Source of the DNA: an uncultured delta proteobacterium
Lineage (GTDB): Bacteria > Desulfobacterota > Binatia > HRBIN30 > BPIQ01
Assembly: GCA_963761335.1 (NCBI GenBank)
Contig: CAVXGR010000020.1
Coordinates: forward strand, 1 to 12,960
Direction: 5' to 3'
DNA length: 12,960 nt
Shown: positions 6,505 through 12,960 of the stretch, piece after piece
Numbering within the stretch: the first letter of the stretch is position 1
How the letters are laid out: every line of letters begins with the position of its first letter
The notes under the pieces: generated by a model
What the model saw: the letters and a program-made list of their open reading frames with translations, nothing else
Told to the model about the DNA's origin: nothing
Database searches by the model: none
Position numbers and translations under genes: made by a program

Positions 6505-9500
6505 GCGTCGACGTCTCCGAGCGCAGCTTCGAGGAAGCGATCGAGTGCGGGCTGCTCCAGCACGGCCCAGACGCCTGCGCCGGCGATGCGAGTGCCGTCC
6601 GCGAGACGCAACCGCCATACGGCGAGACGCCGCCCGGCGGCTATCGGAAGCGCCGCCCGGATGAGTATGACCGTGGGCTCTGCCTCCTGCCGCGCGATGT
6701 GGTGGACTTCGTCCTCGCCACGCAACCGAAGGAATGGCAGAGGCTCAAGCAGCATCACGGGGAAGCAGTGAGGGAACAGTTTCTCAGGCGCCTTGCGTCC
6801 GAGATCGAACGGCGCGGTGCGCTCGACGTGCTGCGCCAGGGGATCAAGGACTCGGGCTGCAAGTTCCGGCTCGCCTACTTCCGCCCCGCCAGCGGCCTCA
6901 ACGAGGAGACGCGGCGCCTGCACGCCGCCAACCTCTTCACCGTCGTTCGACAGCTCCACTACAGCGAGAAGAACGAGAAATCTCTCGATCTCGTGCTCTT
7001 CCTCAACGGCATCCCGATCTTCACCGCCGAGCTGAAGAACCCGCTCACCGGCCAGGACGTCGAGGACGCGATCCGCCAGTACAAGACCGACCGCGATCCG
7101 CGAGAGGCTCTGCTCGCCTACGGCCGTTGCCTGGCGCACTTCGCCGTGGACCCGGACCTGGTCTACGTCACCACTCAGCTCGCCGGGCCGAGGACGCGCT
7201 TCCTGCCGTTCAATCAAGGGAAGTTCGGCGGCGCCGGCAACCCACCCGTACCGCCCACGCAGCAGGGCTACGCCACCGGCTATCTGTGGGAAGAGACCTG
7301 GGCGCGCGACAGCGTGCTCGACCTCATCCGCCAGTTCATCCACGAGGTCGAGGAGGAGGACGAGAAGGGACGCAAGACCGGCAAGCGATTCCTGATCTTC
7401 CCGCGCTACCAGCAGCTCGATGCCGTCCGCCGTCTGGTGGCCGACGCCCGCACCGCCGGCGCCGGCCAGCGCTACCTCATTCAGCACTCCGCGGGCAGCG
7501 GCAAGAGCTTCACGATCGCCTGGCTCGCTCACCAGCTCTCGACGCTGCACGACGCCAGCGACCGGCGCGTCTTCGATTCGATCGTGGTGATCACCGACCG
7601 GCGCATCCTCGATCGCCAGCTTCAAACCACGATGCGCCAATTCGAGCAGACCCTCGGCGTGGTGGAGAACATCGACAAGACATCGCGACAGCTCAAGGAG
7701 GCGCTCGAGTCGGGCAAGACGATCATCGTCACCACGCTGCAGAAGTTTCCCGTGATCGCCAAGGAGATCGGCGAGCTGCCCGGCAAGCGCTTCGCGGTCA
7801 TCGTAGATGAGGCGCACTCCTCCCAGTCCGGAGAAAGCACCAAGCCGTTGAAGGCGGTCCTCGCAAGCTCGACGCTGCAAGACGCGGAGCGGCAAGATAG
7901 CGAGGCGGAGCCCGACGAAGCCGACGTCGACAACCTGGCTCTTGCCGAGGCGGTGAAGCGCGGGCACGTGCCCAATCTGTCGCTCTTCGCCTTCACCGCC
8001 ACGCCCAAGCCGAAGACGCTCGAGCTCTTCGGTATCAAGCGCGCCGACGGCAAGTTCGCGCCATTCCATCTCTACAGTATGCGCCAGGCGATCGAGGAGG
8101 GGTTCATCCTCGACGTGCTGGCGAACTACACGACCTACAAGGCGTACTGGCGACTCCTCAAGAAGGTCGAGAACGACCCGCGCTACGACAAGAGGAAAGC
8201 CGAGTATCTGCTCAAGTCGTTCGTCGAGCTGCACCGGCACGCCATCGAGGAGAAGGTCAAGATCTGCGTCGAGCACTTCGCCGCGCAGGTGCAGGGGGAG
8301 ATCGGCGGCAGGGCCAAGGCCATGATCGTCACCCGCTCGCGCCTGCACGCGGTGCGCTACAAGCTCGCTGTCGACGAGTACCTCCGAGAGCGCGGCTATC
8401 CGTTCAAGGCGCTCGTGGCCTTCTCGGGGAAGGTCGAGGACGGCGGAAAGTCGTATACGGAATCGGGCATGAACTCGGCTGGTAAGGAGCGGACGATCGG
8501 AGAGAGCCAGACCGCCAAGGAGTTCGAGAAATCCGAGTGCCGATTCCTGATCGTCGCCAACAAGTTTCAGACCGGCTTCGATCAGCCCCTGCTCCACACG
8601 ATGTATGTCGACAAGAAGCTCGGGGGCGTGAACGCAGTACAGACGCTCTCGCGTCTCAACCGCACGCACCCGGAGAAGAAGAGCACGACGGTGCTCGACT
8701 TCGCCAATGAGGCCGATGAGATCAAGGCCGCTTTCGAGCCCTACTACGAGACGACACTGCTGTCCGAGGCGACCGACCCCCATCTCCTCTACGAGATCCA
8801 GACCCGCCTTGCCGGGTTCCCGGTGTACACCGAGGCCGACGTAAACCGTTTTGCCGCGGTCTACTTCGATGCGAAGGCGACCCAGGACCGGCTCTACGCC
8901 GTGCTGGCGCCCGTGGTCGGGCGCTTCCGCGAGATCTCGGAGCCCGAGCAGTCCGACTTCCGCGGCCAGCTTACCGACTACGTACGGCTCTACGCGTTCC
9001 TGGCGCAGGTGCTCACCTTCGCCGACGCCGATCTCGAGAAGCTCTACGTGTTCGCGCGGCACCTGCGGCGCCTGCTTCCTGCCGACCGCGCTGAGCTGCC
9101 TCGCGAGGTGCAGCAGAACATCGACATGGAGTCGTACCGCATTCAGCAGACGGGCAGCGGCAAGATCGCGCTCGAGCGCAAGCCCGGCGTGCTCGCCCCG
9201 GTGGGCACCAAGGGCGGGCACGGGACCGCGCCAGAGGAGATGGAGACGCTGTCGCGCATCATCGCCGAGCTCAACAAGCGCTTCGGGCTCAACCTCGGCC
9301 CGGAGCATCGCGTGACGCTTGGCCAGATGATGGACAAGCTCGACGGCGACGACGCGCTCGATGCTGCGGCGCGGGTGAACACGCGGGAGAACGTGCGGCT
9401 CACCTTCGATCAGAAGGTGGAGCACGTGATCCAGGAGATCGTCGACTCGAACTTCGAGTTCTACAAGCGCATCACCGACGACCGCGCCTTCGGCGAAGTC

Positions 9501-10070
9501 GTGAAGAACTTCCTCTTCGACCAGTATCTGCGCGCCCATCGCAACGCCGAGGAGCTGATCAAACAGGGCGAGTCGAAGACGCTGGAGTTCAAGTCCACGC
9601 TGCGCTGGAACCTCGAGGAGGATCGACAAGACGACAAGATCGTCACCCACGCCGTGCTCAAGACGATCGCCGCATTTCTCAACACCGAGGGAGGTGACCT
9701 CCTGATCGGCGTGGCCGACGATTGCTCCATCGTCGGCATCGAACGCGATGGACTCGACAACGACGACAAGTTCATGCGTCACTTGGCGCAAGTCGTTCGA
9801 AATGGACTCGGCGACCGCGCCAGCACGTGCATCGATCCGAAGACGCAGATTGTGCAGGGGAAGACCGTGTGTGTGGTGAGCTGCCAGCGCAGCCCCGAGC
9901 CGGTCTTTCTCAAGTGGAAGGGCATGGAGGCGAGCCCGAGCGGCGATTTCTTCGTGCGCAGCGGTCCGGGCACAGTGAGGTTGCCGCCCGACAGCGCCGC
10001 TGCGTATGTCCGCACCCGCTTCCCAGATCGCGCAGGAGCGGTGGCCTCATCCGCCGACGAGATCGTCTGA
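6501..10070 (+). CDS. hsdR: Type I restriction endonuclease subunit R fused to a C-terminal Schlafen/AlbA_2 domain, 1189 aa
   Basis: RBS GAGGAG 6490-6495 and ATGA overlap with fic. Nuclease motif DLVLFLNGIPIFTAELKN, Walker A HSAGSGKS, DEAH, FTATPK, KFQTGFDQP and VQTLSRLNR. From about aa 1015: ELIKQGESKTLEFKS..KTIAAFLNTEGGDLLIGVADD..IVGI..FFVRSG. Confidence 0.96.
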   Translation: MSVDVSERSFEEAIECGLLQHGPDACAGDASAVRETQPPYGETPPGGYRKRRPDEYDRGLCLLPRDVVDFVLATQPKEWQRLKQHHGEAVREQFLRRLASEIERRGALDVLRQGIKDSGCKFRLAYFRPASGLNEETRRLHAANLFTVVRQLHYSEKNEKSLDLVLFLNGIPIFTAELKNPLTGQDVEDAIRQYKTDRDPREALLAYGRCLAHFAVDPDLVYVTTQLAGPRTRFLPFNQGKFGGAGNPPVPPTQQGYATGYLWEETWARDSVLDLIRQFIHEVEEEDEKGRKTGKRFLIFPRYQQLDAVRRLVADARTAGAGQRYLIQHSAGSGKSFTIAWLAHQLSTLHDASDRRVFDSIVVITDRRILDRQLQTTMRQFEQTLGVVENIDKTSRQLKEALESGKTIIVTTLQKFPVIAKEIGELPGKRFAVIVDEAHSSQSGESTKPLKAVLASSTLQDAERQDSEAEPDEADVDNLALAEAVKRGHVPNLSLFAFTATPKPKTLELFGIKRADGKFAPFHLYSMRQAIEEGFILDVLANYTTYKAYWRLLKKVENDPRYDKRKAEYLLKSFVELHRHAIEEKVKICVEHFAAQVQGEIGGRAKAMIVTRSRLHAVRYKLAVDEYLRERGYPFKALVAFSGKVEDGGKSYTESGMNSAGKERTIGESQTAKEFEKSECRFLIVANKFQTGFDQPLLHTMYVDKKLGGVNAVQTLSRLNRTHPEKKSTTVLDFANEADEIKAAFEPYYETTLLSEATDPHLLYEIQTRLAGFPVYTEADVNRFAAVYFDAKATQDRLYAVLAPVVGRFREISEPEQSDFRGQLTDYVRLYAFLAQVLTFADADLEKLYVFARHLRRLLPADRAELPREVQQNIDMESYRIQQTGSGKIALERKPGVLAPVGTKGGHGTAPEEMETLSRIIAELNKRFGLNLGPEHRVTLGQMMDKLDGDDALDAAARVNTRENVRLTFDQKVEHVIQEIVDSNFEFYKRITDDRAFGEVVKNFLFDQYLRAHRNAEELIKQGESKTLEFKSTLRWNLEEDRQDDKIVTHAVLKTIAAFLNTEGGDLLIGVADDCSIVGIERDGLDNDDKFMRHLAQVVRNGLGDRASTCIDPKTQIVQGKTVCVVSCQRSPEPVFLKWKGMEASPSGDFFVRSGPGTVRLPPDSAAAYVRTRFPDRAGAVASSADEIV
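9543..10070 (+). other. Schlafen/AlbA_2 domain within hsdR
   Basis: AlbA_2 signature GES..LEFK / IAAFLNTEGG.LLIGV.D / YVR-like FVRSG. Putative catalytic residues are E1024, E1029 and K1031 (codons at 9570, 9585, 9591). Confidence 0.9.
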
Positions 10071-10212
10071 GCGGGCAATTGGTGGGCTCGCCCACAGCTC
10101 GTCAGCGAATGCGAAGAGCGCGGGCGCCGCATGGCATTGCCGCGTCGCGTTGAATCGCGACCTCGCGCGCGCTATGCGGCCCTTCGGTATGCTGGGAGTT
10201 CAAGAGGTCGCG

Positions 10213-12144
10213 GTGCGAATTGGCGAGCGCCGCTTCGATTTGCTTCTGGCCTCGTTGTTCCTGCTCATGGCGATCCTGCTGGCCGCTCCCGGCGTCGATC
10301 GCTACGGCCTGACCTGGGACGAGCCCCCCTACTTTCACTATGCCGCACTCCAGAGGGAGTGGTGCGGCCAGGTGGCCGCCGGGATTCTCCATCCGCAGCA
10401 GCTCGGATCGCTCTTCTCCCGCCAGAGGATCGCGGAGGTCTGGCTGCAGGACAGGGCTCGCAACGGCCACCCGCCGCTGAACGAGCTGTGGATGGCATTG
10501 GCGGGAGCCCCTTTTCGCTGGGCCGGGGCCGCCGATCTGACCGCCGACCGCGCCAGCATCACGCTGCTCCTGGGGATCACGGCGTTCCTTCTCTTCCTGC
10601 TGCTTCGCTTGAGCCTCTCGCGCCTGGCGTCGGCCGCCGGCGTCCTCTGCTATCTCGGGGTCCCGGCGATCTGGGCGCACGCGCATCTCGGCGCCACGGA
10701 GACGATGCAGTGCCTGTTCTGGGTCCTGCTCGCCGGTCTCCTCCCGTGGACGCTTGGCGGCGAAGAGCGGCGGCTCTGGGTCTGGCTCCTGGTCTCGGCC
10801 CTCGCCTTCATGGCCAAGTTCACCAATCTCCTGATTCCCGTCTGGGTTCTGGGAACCGCCGCGCTGCTCGGTGAGGTGCGCCGCCGCCGCTTCTGGGTGG
10901 CGGTGTTTTCGTCTCTCGTGGCGGCGCCTCTCCTCCTCGTCATTCTCGATCCCTACTTCTGGCCGTGGCAGGGAGGGTGGGGGCGCTTCGTCGACTATCT
11001 CCGGCAGGCGACGAGCCGCTCGAGCTGGATGCCGATCAACGTCTTCTATCTGGGCAGAGGCTGGGGATTCCACGCCCCCTGGCACTACCGGATTGTGGAG
11101 ACAGCCGCGGCGCTGCCCTTGCCCTTTCTCGTCCTCATGATTCCCGGCCTCGCGTTTGCCGCGAGGGCGCTGTGGATCGGGCTCGGGATCGCCTGGCTCG
11201 GCCGGGAGCCGCGGCGAGCTGGCGAAGCAGAGCCTCCTGCCAGCTCGGCCTCTCTGCCGTTCTGGCCGCAGATCCTGGGGCTCACCGGATTCGTCTACGC
11301 CTTGGTGGTCGGGCTTCTGCCGAGCACGCCGAATCACGATGGGACCAGACAGTTCGTCTATATCTTCGTCCCGGCCGCGATGCTGGCGGCGACCGGGGCG
11401 CACGGCTGCCTGGAGTACGTGAGCCGAGTTGCCCAGGGGGCCTGGCGGCAGTGGACGTTGGGCTTGGCCTCCGCCGCTGTTCTTTTTGCCGCGGTCGCAT
11501 CGTTCGCCATCTCGTTGGCGGTCGAGCCCTGGGGGCTCTCCTATCACAGCGAGTGGATCGGCGGGCCTCGCGGAGCCTGGGCGCGGGGACTCGAGCTCAC
11601 CTACTGGATGGAGACCATCAGTCCCAAGATGCTGGATCGGGTGGCGCAGCTCTCCCGCGAGAAAGGGAGGCTGCTCTCGATCCATGTCATTCCGAAGGCC
11701 GACTACTTCCGGGACGCGGCGCCTTGGGGGCGGGCGCTTCTCTCGCATCCGCAGTCAGAACCCTGGCCGGCGGCGACGGACGACCTCTCGGCCTTCGCCG
11801 ATCCCTCCGTGCCCCCCGCAGCGCGCCGGCAGATGGGAGCGTATCTCGACCTCTGCTTCGCGCGACCGCCCGACGCGATTCTCGTCTCGTACCGCCGGAG
11901 CTCGGTGGGCGCCGACTTCTGGGAGCTTCTCGACCTGCTTTCACAGCGCGGAGAGCTGGAGCTCCTCGACGAGACCCGCGTCTGTGGCGTGCCGCTGGCG
12001 CGGCTCTACGGCGTTCCGCACCTGGAGGAGGGGAGCATTCCCGGCGATCCTCAGGATCGCGTCTGGTACCAGATCCCGACCGTCGCCGCGTTACTCAAGA
12101 GGCAGGAGGAAGGGAGGCGCGGGACCGCTGAAGGGCTTCTATAG
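10213..12144 (+). CDS. Multi-pass membrane glycosyltransferase, GT-C fold (ArnT/PMT-like), ~643 aa
   Basis: First hydrophobic helix followed by GLTWDEPPY (DE motif), then HPPL and AKFT plus many hydrophobic segments, with a soluble C-terminal region. Start is probably GTG 10213 (AAGAGGT at 10202-10208); ATG 10189 or 10174 are alternatives. Substrate unknown. Confidence 0.75.
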   Translation: MRIGERRFDLLLASLFLLMAILLAAPGVDRYGLTWDEPPYFHYAALQREWCGQVAAGILHPQQLGSLFSRQRIAEVWLQDRARNGHPPLNELWMALAGAPFRWAGAADLTADRASITLLLGITAFLLFLLLRLSLSRLASAAGVLCYLGVPAIWAHAHLGATETMQCLFWVLLAGLLPWTLGGEERRLWVWLLVSALAFMAKFTNLLIPVWVLGTAALLGEVRRRRFWVAVFSSLVAAPLLLVILDPYFWPWQGGWGRFVDYLRQATSRSSWMPINVFYLGRGWGFHAPWHYRIVETAAALPLPFLVLMIPGLAFAARALWIGLGIAWLGREPRRAGEAEPPASSASLPFWPQILGLTGFVYALVVGLLPSTPNHDGTRQFVYIFVPAAMLAATGAHGCLEYVSRVAQGAWRQWTLGLASAAVLFAAVASFAISLAVEPWGLSYHSEWIGGPRGAWARGLELTYWMETISPKMLDRVAQLSREKGRLLSIHVIPKADYFRDAAPWGRALLSHPQSEPWPAATDDLSAFADPSVPPAARRQMGAYLDLCFARPPDAILVSYRRSSVGADFWELLDLLSQRGELELLDETRVCGVPLARLYGVPHLEEGSIPGDPQDRVWYQIPTVAALLKRQEEGRRGTAEGLL

Positions 12145-12267
12145 AGCCCCCGAGAAACTGAGCTACTCGGGTGGCGCTCGACGGGGGATCGGCCGACAGG
12201 TCGGCGCTGTTCCGTTTGCGCACCCGTGACGCTAGCCGGGGGTTTCAGAGGCTGTCCCAAACCTAGT

Positions 12268-12317
12268 GTAGAAGCGCCGTCCCGGCGCTTTCCGAAGCGG
12301 CGAGACGGCGCTTCTAC
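12268..12317. repeat. GTAG-family REP doublet (REPIN-like)
   Basis: REP1 is GTAG-AAGCGCCG-tcc-CGGCGCTT (12268-12290). After a 4-nt spacer, an inverted REP2 reads GTAG-AAGCGCCG-tct-CGCCGCTT on the - strand (12295-12317). The outer 14 bp are a perfect inverted repeat. It lies between convergent genes. Confidence 0.75.
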
Positions 12318-12960
12318 TGGGCGCGAGGGAGGGCCTGGTAGTCGGCGTTGAACTCGCCGCGCTGGAAGTATTCCCGGTAGGCGCGCGCGACGTTGCTGAG
12401 GCCCATGCTGCCGTCCGCCCTCCGTTCGAAGAGCGTGCGGCCGGAGTAGTAGTGGAAGTGCATGTCGAACTGGTCGAACAGGCGGAAGAAGTCGTTCATC
12501 AGAGTCGACTGCGCGAGCTGGTCGTCGGTCGAGCTGTCAAAGCCGCCGAACTCACCGCAGTGCATTGCGGTGCCGTGCTCGATGGCGAACTTGAATGCCT
12601 CTCGCCACTGGCGGCAGATGTGGCTGATGTCCTCCTCTTCCGTGGGCCAGCGATCGGTAGGCTCGAGGAGCCGGAAATTGTAGTCGTGAAAGCTGTATGC
12701 GGTCAGAGGATCTCCTGTCGGCTCGATGAGCTTGATTTGTTGGATGGCGCCCCAGGCTTCGCAGGGTTCGATGTAGAGCAGGTGCACCGGGTCGGTGGCG
12801 CGGATGCGCGCCGTCAGCGCTTTCATGGCCTCGTTGTAGGCCGCGTGCGGGTGGTCGAACGGCTCGTTGACGAGGTCGTAGGCGACCTCGAAAAAGGGGC
12901 GACCGTGCAGCTGCTGCGCGATGTTCTCCAGGTGCTGGCTCATCTGTTCCATGAACGCCT
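12314..12960 (-). CDS. Glycoside hydrolase, GH5 (cellulase-family)/clan GH-A, C-terminal part (5'-truncated by window edge)
   Basis: YDLVNEP (acid/base Glu), IRATDP.HL, YSFHDY and HCGEFG (nucleophile Glu). The frame stays open to the window end; stop is TAG at 12316-12314. Confidence 0.82.
   Translation of the reverse strand, partial: AFMEQMSQHLENIAQQLHGRPFFEVAYDLVNEPFDHPHAAYNEAMKALTARIRATDPVHLLYIEPCEAWGAIQQIKLIEPTGDPLTAYSFHDYNFRLLEPTDRWPTEEEDISHICRQWREAFKFAIEHGTAMHCGEFGGFDSSTDDQLAQSTLMNDFFRLFDQFDMHFHYYSGRTLFERRADGSMGLSNVARAYREYFQRGEFNADYQALPRAQ

Noticed and set aside
6459..9791. 1110-aa ORF antisense to hsdR
   Set aside because: Same shadow-ORF artefact; the sequence mirrors hsdR codons and shows no domain features.
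10102..12229. Several long alternative-frame ORFs (548, 388, 266, 247 aa) over the glycosyltransferase
   Set aside because: Arg/Gly/Pro-rich off-frame translations typical of GC-rich DNA.
12247..12261. AGAGGCTGTCCCAAA resembling an IS/MITE terminal repeat next to the REP doublet
   Set aside because: No partner inverted copy or transposase in the window; the resemblance is from memory only.
1..12960. CRISPR array, tRNA/rRNA, integrase or transposase, hsdS-inverting recombinase
   Set aside because: No regularly spaced repeats, RNA gene signatures, recombinase motifs or silent hsdS copies were seen.

Overview
GC-rich bacterial DNA. Bases 142-10070 form a single + strand Type I restriction-modification locus interleaved with accessory genes: hsdM - abiEi/abiEii (type IV toxin-antitoxin) - hsdS - fic - hsdR. 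The standout is HsdR (1189 aa): after a complete nuclease/helicase it continues in frame into a ~175-aa Schlafen/AlbA_2 domain with an intact ExxxxExK motif, suggesting a restriction enzyme carrying a candidate tRNA/RNA nuclease as a back-up effector. Each accessory module has its own palindromic upstream site and is joined by an ATGA overlap to the following hsd gene. Downstream lie a GT-C-type membrane glycosyltransferase (+) and the 3' part of a GH5-like glycoside hydrolase (-). They converge on a GTAG-family REP doublet that supplies the hydrolase stop codon. All calls come from motif recognition by eye; no searches were run.
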